From the NCBI GenBank assembly GCA_964304625.1, contig OZ199840.1, forward strand, positions 9,284,882 through 9,348,881: a stretch of 64,000 bases of DNA, given 5' to 3'. The position numbers and the translations under genes were made by a program. This document shows positions 26,712 to 39,730 of this stretch, piece after piece. Origin of the DNA: Kudoa neothunni. Taxonomy: Eukaryota > Animalia > Cnidaria. Position 1 is the first letter of the stretch. Every line of letters starts with the position of its first letter. A model generated the notes under the pieces. The model saw only the letters and a list, made by a program, of their open reading frames with translations. It was not told where the DNA came from and did no database searches.

Positions 26712-28239
26712 TTAAGATTGAACAACGCCGCCTTGCTGATCAATACCAGGAGATGTTTGACCGGTAGCTGCGGCTCCTGAATGTTCAACTACAGTTTGGG
26801 ACCCTACTCCAGATGTCACCACATGACCTGTAACTCCATTTACAACAGGTTGAGTTGATTGCACAGACACAGTTTTCAATGGTTCTGTACAAATATTGTT
26901 GCAAGCTGTTTCAGATTTGAAGTTATTCAAGTTCATCTCTTTTCCATTGAAATTAAAGGGTTTGCAAGTGTTAGGAGTGGCGCCCGTTGTATCGTAGTAA
27001 TGTCGAGGTAGTTCATATTTATCATCTGTGGTAGACTCTCCAACTTTCTCTTGTTTGCAAGCTTCAACAGCGTTGAGATCACCAAGATGGGCAGCTAAAT
27101 TATAATTAAATAAGAAAAACAAGATTAAGTAATATTATTATTGTAAATTACTCGCAGGACAAAAACTTGCACAGAGCTCCGCTGAACTAAAAATATTGTG
27201 AGAACCATCATTAATTTGTATGGGGGCTTCAGGAGTTTGAGAAACAAACGGAAGACAAGCTTTTCTTTCTTTGTGGAAGTAAAAGTAGTCGATTACTTGG
27301 TTATTATTAGTAATTTTTGTGTTAGGTATAACTTGATATGGGACAGTTGAATCGCAGGCAGCCACTGGCTCAGCTATTTTTGGTTAGCAAACAATTATCA
27401 CATAATTGAATACTTATGCATGTTTCTACGCATTTAGGTAATTCCTCAAAATATCCTCTTTGTGCATTTTCTCCAACAGCAGCATACACACATCTCTTTT
27501 TATTTTTATGAAGAACAACCCCCATTTTAGGGGTAGCATTGTCCACTTCAGCTGCGAAACCGCAGTCAAATTTATTAGGAGTCGGTGTTAGTTTTCCATC
27601 GTCAAAACTCTCATCAACTTTGCCATTTTTCTTATCTAATATAAATTTTATGAAATAATTGGTTTAAAACTCTACAAAATGGTACTTACTTTGACAAGCA
27701 TTTTTGCATTCGATTTCTGACTCGAAATTATTTGCGTTTCCACCACAACCTGTGTATTTGAACTCATGACACGAGTTAACAGCGGTGCCACCATCAACAG
27801 CACCCTTCGAAAAATACCACCTTTGTTTTTTTTTCTCGTCTGGTACTTTGCAGATTCCGTCTGATTTAGGTTGCGCACAAGCGTTCGATTTCTCCTCAGG
27901 TGTAAAAGTAACTAATTCCAACATTAAATAAAATGTAGAATGATTGTATTTTACGGTGATATTGACAAACCGCTTTTGACACAAAGTTATTAAAGTTTCC
28001 AAGCGAACCTTTATATTTGAATGGTTTGCATGTAGCGGTCATTATGTCAACATACCATCTATCAACTACAGCTTTTTCTCGTTCAGCCGCGTTCATCCAA
28101 GAAGGAGGTTCACCGGCATCTAAGGCGTAATCGGTTAAAGCCTTTTCTAAAATAATATTATGACTAACATAGACTAATTCAATTTACCAGTCGATATGAT
28201 TTCTAACAACAATAATAATAAAAATTGAAAAGTCAACAT
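26712..28239 (-). CDS. Secreted five-Kunitz-domain protein, paralogue A
   Basis: Signal peptide exon MLTFQFLLLLLLEIIST followed by five exons, each with a Kunitz-like module (e.g. CAQPKSDGIC..RWYF..CHEFKYTGCGGNANNFESEIECKNAC). Confidence 0.88.
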
Positions 28240-28589
28240 TAATTCTTGAATCACGTAGACTATTAGATCCCGTATTTGAGCGAGACATAAGTTACATTTA
28301 TTATACCGATAATTCGTACATCAATCGATTCATTATATAGTGCAGGGTAACTTAAAATTAAATATTTAAAAAATTTTATTAGTAATACTAATTTCACGGT
28401 ATAAATCTATAACCCCCACAGCATAACTATGCACCAACGTAATTTTTATTTCAAGTTTTGATATCTATAAAACCATAGACGATGCCAAAATATTTACAAT
28501 TGAATTCATTAAAATAACGATCATATATAATATTTTAATTAAATAAAAACCTTGTTTGTCTTTAGAATATATTATGATCTATATATAGT

Positions 28590-29000
28590 ATCTAGAACTA
28601 ATACCACATGGAATTGAGTAATGGGCTAATGGTTTTATCTCTACTGAATTTTTTAAATTCAAATTATATAATATATAAAGTTTCTCCATCAGAATTGACA
28701 ATTAATAGCTAATCGGCTCAAATCTAATAATATTACTTTACAAAAAAATTTTACAAAGTTAATTTATATATGTTATATTACCCGGTTTTTATCCTAGTGT
28801 ATACATAATATACACTAACAAATTTGAATTCTTATGACGCTCTATTTGGAATATTCAACCTAAAATATTTTTAATATATTTTAATTTCCATATTTTTCCA
28901 AAAAATATTCCGTGATTCTAGTAAACCTAGGTAGGAAGATATTAATACAAATTTTCTAAACAGCATCGTTTAAATGTAGGATAATTATTCAATTAATATA
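28590..29000 (+). mobile_element. Possible non-LTR (CR1-like) 3' remnant
   Basis: Weak PHxE/WA-like and 3'-terminal ORF2-like wording, heavily decayed. Confidence 0.25.
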
Positions 29001-30697
29001 ATAAAAAAAGAATTTCCTCATTTCAGGAATTATAATATAAAGCGATTATCATTTTACTGTATACAACGAAAATTAATACATTTAAAAATTGATGCACATC
29101 TTGCATAATAATTCAACTGTTTCGTAGTATTCTTTGATTTGACCACTGACACAAGAAAGATTCGTTTTAATGAAATGCGTAATCATGAAGATGCTAGCTA
29201 AAAAACCTGTCAATATTTACACTATTATACTCAATTGCTAATTAGGTGACCTTAGGCACGTATATTTTAGACAATTCGCTATTAGCATATTTCACATGAG
29301 TAGATTCCGTAACACTGTCAACTAATCAAAAATCACCATGGATATTTTGTCTCTTAAACTGAACCTAAATTTAAGTTCTATAAAGTTTAAGCCCTCCGTG
29401 TGTCGATGAATCCACCCAAGAGCTATTGAGGCCAGTTCTTTCTTTTATTGGTAATATCAACAGCAGTTAAATCTGTTCTTCCTCAATCGCATCAAATTAA
29501 CCCACTTAAAAATTTCAGAACCAAATCCTTGCTCATACCATGTTTCAAATTTATCTCTTAGAAGAAGTATAAAAAATATCATGAGCAGTCACAATTTCTT
29601 CCTTCTTATTACAAACACAATCCACGTTTAAATTGTAGGAAGTTGAAAATATCGAAAAGTTGCAGTCTTTTCGATATTTTGGGGGGCAAGTGTCAAAACA
29701 TTGGATTATTTTAAATTTTTCCTTAACAGTTTTTCGCTGTCATCTGGACAATTTCAAAAAATCCACAAGTGTCTTCGAAAAATTCCAAACAAGTGCGAAA
29801 AATATTCAATGATGAGTTTTTTTTGTAGTTTTAAATTGTTTAAGCCAAATTTTAATATAATATGCTAACCCTTAATTCTTGACTTTAGAGTAAGTCTCAG
29901 AGTAAACCAAAACAAGAGGATGAAAAGTAGGATAATTCCGTGACCAATTTACTGTACTTAAATACACTTTAAATCACATCCGATAAGCATAAAGATGTCA
30001 TTCCGGAGGGAATTTAACAGAGGATAATTCATGTTCCAATAACAGGGTAGATTAATAAACGTGGACACTTTAAATATATGGGTGCTAAATTCCGTACCAA
30101 TTATTAGCATCTTAATGGCAAAATTTCAGTCATTTAAACAAAAACAACCTCTAAAGTATTTGATAAGAACCCGAAGCAACTCTTATAATATATGGATTGT
30201 TCTTATACAATTTCCCTCTGATTAAAATATTGAGAGTTTAATATTTTCACATTAGTCGTTTACTGACAAAACGTTTTCATTCTAACAGCCTCGAAAGAAG
30301 TTAAAGACGCCAGCATAAAGAGGTTCAGAATAAAAACACTAATTATGCAGGCTTAAACAGCAGATTAGTTTTATCAATGTTGGTGTGAACGAATTTATCT
30401 ACATGCAGTAGAGATAAAAAATAAGACATGAATAAACAAAACAACTATTATATCAAAATTCAATCAAAAATTTCAGCTTAACCGTCAGATTTTGATAAAT
30501 ATTCCACCCTCATTCTAATATGGTTATAATCCTCATTCCAACACAACAAAACGTCACCAACGTTATTTAAAGGTTAATCGCGTGATCCGACATAATCTGG
30601 TAAAGTGTTTTGTTAGCATGGATAGTAATTTAAATTGTCGAAAATTACCAATAACTATTCGAATCCAGAGCTTGTCACTCGATTCGCAGGAATTCCA

Positions 30698-32357
30698 ATG
30701 TTTTCCCACACCATAAAGCACCACACTCGCTCAATGTTATCCACCAGTAGAAGGAACATTCACGGCAATAATTCAGCACCATTGAAAGTGCTTGTTTCAG
30801 GAGCAGCTGGTCAAATTGGATCATACATTTTGCAGTTGATTGCATGTGGTCGTCTAGCTGGAGAGAGGGTAATAATGGGATTGGTTATTCAATAAATATG
30901 TCAAAATTAAAAATAATTATTTCTGTGTTTTAAATATTGGAATACTTTTTGAATTTAGAGAGTTGAAATAAATATGCTTGATATTGGTGGGGTTGAAAAG
31001 ATAATGCATGGAATTCGTATGGAGATTGAAGATTGTTGTCATCCTTCATTCTACAAAGTGAATGTGTTCACCAAATCGGACGAAGCACTCAAAGATATTG
31101 ATTGTGCCATTTTGCTGGCCAACAAAATGGTCCTCACTGATGATATTAAACGCATCGATCTGTTGTCAGCGAACAAGGATCTTTACACTGAAATTGGGGA
31201 GCAATTCCAAAAATATGCGAAACCGGATGCACTAGTACGTTTCTTTATTCTGCAGCCAGCCTACATTGGAATGTCTTAATAACATCAGGATTTCTGTCGA
31301 TTGTTAGTTGTGCTAAATGTAATTCTTCAGTGGAATATTCATTCCATTGAATTAACAAATTTGCCCCAACACTAAGGCTGCATGTTCCAGTTTGAGAATC
31401 ATGCCTCATTGCTTTATAGGCACTCGTGGTGGCAAATCCATGCAATACGAACTGTTTGGTGATGATGAAAAGTGCGCCTAAACGCAATCCGAAGTCGTTC
31501 TCATCCCTTAGCCGTCTCGATCACAATCGCCTGACAGCCCTCGTTGCTGCAAAACTTCATACATCCAATGGTTTGGTTCGAAAGTGCATTGTTTGGGGCA
31601 ATCATTCTAACTCAATGCATCCTGATTTGAGATTCGCAGAGTTTTAAAATGTCAGATCGCCCTAGCTCGCCTTATGAGAAGGTGACCAACGCGATCAGCG
31701 ACTACAAATGGATCACCGAAACAATGCCCTGGGTAGGTGATTATTTTTCGTTATTTTCTGTGCATTACACAAAATGCTGATTGTTTAATATATTTTATAG
31801 TTGTTCGACATTTTTTTAATTGATATTTGAAAACTTTCAATCAGATCGACTATTTGTCCATTTGATTGTTTACAATCGGCTCACCACTTAATATTTGTAA
31901 CCAGCCGGCGTTGTCACTGCTGTTGTTGAATCGAATATGATTGATCTAATTTTGTGTAGGAATTGAAAGATCGAGTGAATGCAATTATCAGAAATCGGGG
32001 CAGATCTAGTGCACTCTCGGCGGGAAATGCCGCTGTCGATCATATGAGCGATTGGTTGAGAGGAACCAAAGATGTAAGCCGTTAATGTCTTGTGTCTCAT
32101 TCAGTCATTTTTAACTAATTTTGATACAGGGAGATTGGGTATCTATGGGTGTGTATTCGGATGGCACCAAGTATGGTATTCCTGCTGGTATCTTCTATGC
32201 CATGCCTGTGGTTTGTCACGACGGCAAATACTCAGTAGTAGAAGACTTGCCAATAGATAAAAATACCCAGGAAAAAATGATGATTTCTGCGGAGGAGTTG
32301 TTAGAGGAGAAAAAATTGGCGGGAAATAAATTAATTTCTATCACTCATATTTATTAA
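30698..32357 (+). CDS. MDH1: MDH1 (cytosolic-type) malate/lactate dehydrogenase family protein with N-terminal presequence and altered substrate loop, ~5 exons
   Basis: Motifs [65 protein letters not shown] and [14 protein letters not shown]. Exons ~30698-30868, 30959-31234, ~31420-31732, ~31960-32073, ~32130-32357. One extra T at ~31643. Confidence 0.92.
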
Positions 32358-34260
32358 TATTATCTTGTTTTTGTGGATCCTATTTGATTGAATGAGAGGA
32401 TAATCTCGTATTGTTATGTTTTGAAAAAAGTTAGCGGGGTCTTCCTGCGTTGTGTTGCATGGAAACCACAAAATGTGATAGGATTGTGGGACAATAATAT
32501 ATGAGTTAATTTGTTTCGTGGAAAAAGATATAGTGGGTGATGTGTAATTCCTTTGGAGGTGGGGAAAAAGTACGCATTACTTACCCAGAATTGAGGGTTT
32601 AATTCGCGCGTGCGTATATTCAAAATTCGATTATCATTAAATATTTTATTTCAGGAAACCTTGATTATTTTTATTTGTTTCTTGCACTCTACATATACAG
32701 TCGATCACCGTTTATCCGAAAATGTTTGGGACCTCGCATTTTTCTTTCGGATACTAAAATTTTTGTTAAACAAAGTTCGGCGCACGCGCATGTGGGAAAT
32801 TGTAGGTTGTTCGCACACTTTATTTGTCATTATTCAATGTTTATTTTATATTTTTAAACAAAACTCTACTGTATATAAGTTACACTAGTGAATACAATGT
32901 GAAACACATTAGTTTAAAGCACAGTAATTCTAGATCCAATGTAATGGACGCATGCGTAGTATAGATATGTGCGACCTTAACGCCGCTGCACCACATTAGT
33001 AATAGAATGATACATTCTAGATTCTAAAAAAATGAACATTTATTATTGTCATTAATTTTTCATAAATTTTTTATAATTTACTCTCAATATGGATATTGTG
33101 AGCTGTACTAATAATGATGGTAAAAATAATTAAATTAACAATGAGGAGTATTTTCCCAGAATTCTCCATAAAGATATTTAGAATTTCCTCATTAATTAAA
33201 ATATGACATATTTTTATTAATTAATTAATTAATTTTGATTAATGATTGTTAAAACTCAATAAGACTTAAAAATGGAAGTGTTATGGAAAAAAACTGTTGT
33301 GAGAATATTGTTTAATTCAATATAATTCAGTGGATAAGTTGGTCTTATGAAGTCACTGATAGTTTGTGATTAAGCCATCCAATAAATTCCATTTTTTATA
33401 TTTTATTTTATATTTATTTTATTTTATATTTCATTTTATTACTCATGAAAAGATAAGATATAAGGGAGTTAGTCTTTAGCCAACATTAATTCGTTCATCA
33501 TGAACATAGTTGTATTTTGAAAATAAAATACTATATTATCCACAATATGATATTTCTATTAATCAAACATAACTTAAATTGAATAAATAACGAATATATG
33601 TATCAAGAAAAAAAATGTAGGTATCATTTTGAGCAGGCATTAATCTAGACTTCAAGACATTTTTATCCGAAAATTCAAAAAAAAAGTTGTTTCGGATTGT
33701 GATATCTTTTCAAGATTTCGAATAATTCTAATACTCTCTATTACTAAAACAATAAATATGATTATTTTACCTAATTCAAAAACTTATTAATAATAAAATG
33801 ATTTAACAGAACTCAATAATCTACACGGTTTTTAGATAAACAAAAAACCCAATGTCAATAGAAAAATCTCAGAATCTTGGGGAAAACCCCAACGTTTAAA
33901 AGACTCGTAACAGGTATGTTGTACGCGTGCGCTGACCAATTCTATATTAGGAACATTCAAAGTTGATGACGTCTTGTCAAATAGTGTAATTTATTGTCGC
34001 GGTGAATTCGTGATTTATGGTCAGACTACATATTGTAAGGGATTATAATTGGTTAAGTAATTATCCAAGAACACTGTACTACGAATTCTTCCAGCGTGAT
34101 ATATCCGACTTATTTTAATCAACAAAAATTAAACTATAATACAGAAAAGCAGTATGAAATAATTCTCCGAACAAATGTTAGAATCCTTAGAGTTGTGCAA
34201 AGCACGAAAACAATTCGCCCAATGTCGTGGGTTATCGTGTCACGCTTGTAGGCGAGTGCA

Positions 34261-34783
34261 ATGGAGAAACAAGTATGTCGATATGTTATAGATAGGTTGT
34301 TTGTGATACCTATTCTAGTCTGGAAGAAGCATCTACAACAAGGATAGAGTTGTTATTATACTCTCTGGCAAATATGCTGGAAGAAAAGCCATCATCCTTA
34401 AATCTCATGAAGATGGAACCAAAGAACGACCATACTCTCATTTGATTGTGGGTGGTGTTAACCGATACCCGAAGAAAATCACAAAAGATATGGGAAAAAC
34501 TAAGGTTGAGAAAAAATCCAGATTTTCCGTGTTTGTTAAAACCGTCAACAGTAACCACGTTCTACCAACTCGTTATTGTACCAAGCTTGATGTTGATATG
34601 AGAAAAGTTGACAGCAAATCGTTGATGTCGTTGAGAAGCAGAAGAAAGCTTAAGGCCCATATCAAAACCAGCATGAATAAGAAGTAGGTTTTATTCACGT
34701 GTTGTAGGTTCGGTTATTTTATTATTACTTGTAGATTCAATTCGACCCAATCCAAGTACATATTTAGAAAGCTTAGATTCTAA
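34261..34783 (+). CDS. RPL27: 60S ribosomal protein L27 (eL27), 3 exons
   Basis: MEKQ|SGRSIYNKDRVVIILSGKYAGRKAII..DGTKERPYSHLIVGGVNRYPKKITKDMGK..FVKTVNSNHVLPTRY..|FNSTQSKYIFRKLRF*. Confidence 0.95.
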
Positions 34784-35686
34784 CTTGGCTCTTTGCTTAT
34801 TATATGATATTTAGTGGAGAGGTTGTGGTGCTTTTTCTTTCGCGCATTTTCTCGGATAAATTATTTCGCTAGCTGTAGGATACGAGTTAAGTTGTGTTGG
34901 GGGTTTACCAAGCTAACTGTCGATATGCTGGTGTGTAACTAAGATTGATGACAAAAATTTTTGTCCTTGAGAGTGTTAATCCTTTACTTTCACGTATCCT
35001 ATCCGTTGTTTGTTGCGTGTTGTTCGGAGAATGGCCTATTGCTTATTACGTTGGTTGCTTTGCAATATGGTTCTTGAATGTATGGACTCTATAGAGATGC
35101 CATAATTTAAATAACTATGACAGCATGCATTGGATTCTTAATTGTAGATGCAATATGCCTGTGAGATTATGTTAATGGATAGTGATTTATGCTTTGAAAT
35201 GTAGCTTTCTGCGAAAGTGTATGGTAAGAAGGTCGTTCCTTGGAAAAGAATTAGATACGCGTAACGTACCACATAAGAAACATTAAATGCTCCTCCTATA
35301 ACACACTGAGGATTAGCCACCCATCCTTTGTATGGTAGAGAGCAGTTAACGTTTATTTTTGTGATCATATAATTATTATAAGAAGGCACCATTTAGGCAG
35401 TGTCTAATTGAAACGATAGTCATCTTCCTATTCATCACTAGAACTGTATTCGGATAAAATGATAGTGTCTCTTTCCGCCAGGGCTGCCAGCGGGGTTTTA
35501 GAAAAAAGCTAGTCTAAAGTAAACAACGAATAGAATCGTATCTATCAAAGTTTTAAATCATCTTCCGATCCTTTAATTACGTCTACAGATATTAAATTTA
35601 AATTTATCGTTGTATTATGGCATTTTTTGCGGGAATACTAACTCGTACTTAATTTAATGTTTAGTATAGATCAATATATTCACAAT

Positions 35687-35733
35687 TAATTAATTAATTA
35701 ATTAATTAACCAATTCATTCATTCATTCATTCA
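35687..35733. repeat. Compound microsatellite (TTAA)n-(TTCA)n
   Basis: Directly visible tandem tetranucleotides. Confidence 0.8.
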
Positions 35734-36789
35734 AATTTCAAGATATATTTCGAGATAACGTTAAATTTCCTAATAATGTGCGACTGTGTTAACTGAACAA
35801 TTTTGTAATTGTGTCACGTTAAACAATCCAAAGTTTTGTCATTCAATATCGTAAATGTGTAAACCTTGCATGATATAATCTGAATTGGATACATCATTAA
35901 AAATGTAAATATTAATCTCGCACATAATAAAATTTGTGTTATTATTCGATGTTTGCAGGTTTTCAATAAAACCCCAAGATTTTGAAAAAAATGAAAAAAA
36001 CAGGAATTAAAGTTGACCATAAAAAGCCAAAGATCTTGGGGAATAACCCTAGCCTTGACAGCACTGTTTTCCACTACACCGGTGCATGCGCATAGGATTA
36101 TAGGATTATGTTTATTTCGCTTTTTCTACAGGTTATAGCGCTTTCACCAATAAAATAACTTATAACTATGATAAAATATATTTTCTAGTATTAGAAAAAC
36201 TAATCAGAACGTTAGTTAGAAAATTTCAAATAATTTTTTGGGATTCTAAGTCTAACTTTTGATGTAACCTTTTTCAAATGGAATGTCATTATATTTGGCG
36301 CATTTTTTTCATGAACGCTATGAATGATAGTAATTTCAAAAGTTTGAAGTGAGTTGGATATCTTTAGTAAAAATACCGATACTCCTCTCCATCCAATGAA
36401 GTTAATATGTGTAGCACTCTTTGAGTTAACCCATTATTTTCTCGAAAACTTCAAGTTTACATTTTCATCATTGGAAGGAGAATGTTATAGTAACATTGCG
36501 TTGTCAACATATGAATTCGACAATGGTGAATTATCATCATGAATTTCAGGAAATATATCAGGTGATTTTCCATTCAATATTATTTTTGGTCCATCTTGTT
36601 GTAACGATTGATTCAATGCTTATTTTAGATAATTTTAACAGATTGATCAGATGATTGCCATCCTGTTTTCTCAGTCGTTATACAATAATTAGAATCCAAA
36701 CTTCTTCTAAAACACACTTATCTTTAGAGGAATAGATTTAATGGAATTTTCATGTGTCAACAAATTTTATAAGTAAAACATTTTCAGAG

Positions 36790-37960
36790 TATAATTAGGG
36801 TTCAATTGGACCTCATAAATTTTTTTAAAAATATATTATTATTTAAATCAATTTTTAAATGGAAATTGAATTTAAACTTATTTTACATACCAAAATCCAA
36901 CAAATAAATTTGTGGCGCCCATGTGCAAGTTTCTACGCTGTGTAAGCTAGGCATGCATTTCTTTTGGAAAAATAGCGAGGATAATATTGACATTAATGAA
37001 AAAGAAAGAGCAAACCTAATGCATTTGAAAGAAACTGTTGAAAATTCAGGCTGTGATGAAAATGATGATTCGCTTCTAGACAAAAACAACGACTTATGGA
37101 GTGCAATCAAACCAAAGAAAACCAAGATGGCGACAGAAAATAAAATGAATTTTCTTCAAGATGTGACTACTTACGTCACACAAAGGATCTTTTTTAGTAT
37201 TGCAAGATGTTTTAATCATTTCTACCCAATGGGAATAGTGGAACGAACAATTAAATATACCAATCAGTGCGACAAGAATCATTGTGTAGATAATAAATAA
37301 CTGGAGGATGTTTACGTTGATGGAATGCATGGTTTATTGTAATTAACTATCCATAAGAATAACCAAGAGCCTATTTTTGAAATGTTTAGTTGTGACAAGG
37401 GTAGAAGGATATACAAAGATCTTTTTTCCTTGTACAAATTCACAGATTCACAGATTCAAACAACTAACAAGAGCGCTCCGCTTTGATAATGCAGAAACTA
37501 CGGAGGAATGACAACTAAATGATAAATTTTCCCGAATTAATGAAATATGGGGCATTTGTGTTAACGTGGCAAATAAAAATTATAACCACGGAGAAAATAT
37601 ATTCTGTGATGAACAATTTGGTTTCTTTTAAAAGAAATTGATTTTTTAGATAATATATATAATATATGCCAACAACGTATCGCTTAAAATTTTTCCTTTT
37701 TGTATATTCATCATCTATATTATGTGTTTGTGGAGTTACTAACGAATTCCAGTATCAGTCTTTAAAATAATCACTCATCCTATTTATATAGGAACATTGC
37801 ATATAGGCGGATGCGTTAGGATGAACAAAACGAAAAATTATTAACGAAAAAAACATTTCTTAAAATTTTAATGTAGTAAATTTATAAAAAACATAATTAT
37901 TAAACGAAATCACAAAAAATCTCTGGGGTACGAGTGAACCCCAGTTATACTCCGAGGGGA
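36790..37960 (+). mobile_element. Decayed piggyBac element (5' half of transposase plus right end)
   Basis: Acidic N-terminus, IVERTIKYTN, LRFDN..DKFSRINEIW..NYNHGENIFCDEQ. Subterminal GGGGTAC..AACCCC palindrome and GAGGG end. Confidence 0.75.
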
Positions 37961-38929
37961 CCTGATCAATTGTCACTTAGAAGGCTAATAGTAAATGTGT
38001 ATATTTTTTTAATTTTACTGAAACCTCAAAATTCCAAGTTCAATTGTTGGGTAGTTTTAGCCGTTTTTATATTTGCCGTGGAGTTAGATATTCATCCGTA
38101 TTGCATTTGATATAAAACAAACAAATTTTCATAATTCATTTTTATAACATAAAACAAACGTTAACTATGTTATTATAATCAAGATAGATTTAAAAAATGT
38201 AATTAAATGATTAAAACACTCACAAAATTAAAATGTCGACATTTGGCAACATTGGAATTCAAAGCGTTAAAGATGACTGTTCCTAAATAATGATAAAACG
38301 TTATCTTAGGTATAGTTGTTTTATTCCAAAACCTAATGGTTTGTTTAAAAAAAAAGTTACTTTAAATTAATAGAATTGAAAAAACTGACTCAACCAAAAT
38401 TGGATAATTTGAATGTACAATAATTGTTTTTTTAGGTTGAACTATAACAATTTTGTTAGATATGGGTTTGTTTGAGCTGTTGTTATGGCAGAAAAATATG
38501 AAAATGTTTTCTTGAATAATTGATAAGAAAATTATCATTCATTTTCCTTGTATTTGTTATTTACTGGAGGATACTTAAAAGTATTTTCTATTTTACCAAA
38601 TTTTATGAATACTAGTTGAAAAAGGTTATAAAATGATCAGAAGAAGCAATAAGGGCCTTTAACCTAACTAAAACCTTTTAAAAATTTTATAACTAATAAA
38701 CAATGAGTTGTAATATGTAAATCTTACCTTAATGTTAAATAATAGAACGTCATGACATTCCATAGGTGATATACTTGAGATTTTATTCAATATTTTATAG
38801 TTAATTTTCAATGTTTTATCAACTATTAAAATATAAATTTAAATTAATTTTTTTTCTTATAAAATAGAATAAAAGTTGTGTTTGATTGATATATCCTGAA
38901 ATAAAGCTCGTTAAGGAAAACACTCATTC

Positions 38930-39730
38930 TATATGGACGTTATTGACTCCTTGATTTCAATAGAGGAAATAAATCTATAATAAAATATTTTAATATTCGA
39001 GTGTATAAAATTTAAATTTATGTATAAATATTAATTTCATTACTATCAAATATTTATTCCGTCAATTCCTGATTTTGTTTATATAATTATAGCCGGCATT
39101 TACTTCAATTTGTTGACTGAATTTTAAGCTAGACGGTAAAATCTATGTATGTTCATCACACAGATTACTATCCCTAAGTAGAGTATTATTACTGATCTGG
39201 ATTTGAAAATCAGTATTCTCAGTGTTGTAAGAGAACTAGTTTAAATCTGAGAATGCTGGACAAGATTGATGCTTATTACAAGACATTGAATAAACCGGAT
39301 ACACCAGATATGATATCACATATATAGATTCAATCACATTGTGTAGGGTTGTTTATGAACAAAATAATTTTCACCCTATCGGAAATTATTAAGGATTTCT
39401 ACTTAAATTGACTCTGATTAACTTTATGCAGGAAAGAGTGTTTTTAGGCGGATAAGATCAAATAGAATAGAAGAGATAGAATGTTGTGGTGTACATAACT
39501 CAATCTTTTTCGAAAGAAGGAATATTTCAATACATCGACCAAATGATGTCAAAACTTAGAAGTTCACGAGTCGACTATAAAATTAAATAAAATAATATTT
39601 TAGCTTTTGCAAAAAATGGAGATTTGTCCAATGTTTCGGGGAAAAAATTTATCCAGATGTCCGATTTGGATTGGTAACGCAGCAGGGGATCCGCAGATGT
39701 ATGTGTGAATGTATTAAAATAAATTTCGGA
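38930..39730 (+). mobile_element. Decayed non-LTR retrotransposon (RT C-terminal/3' part)
   Basis: Fragments like KLDGK..LDL/FENQYSQCCKRTSLNLRML resemble CR1/Jockey thumb-region text. Many stops. Confidence 0.35.

Noticed and set aside
29646-29680. Perfect 14-bp hairpin AAAATATCGAAAAG/CTTTTCGATATTTT
   Set aside because: AT-rich and lies near a probable hAT-like end (AGGGTTAGCATA, ~29860). Best explained as a TE subterminal palindrome.
34850-36074. Minus-strand ORFs 35138-35392 and 35814-36074
   Set aside because: Coding-like but unidentifiable and not joinable. Insufficient support for a feature.
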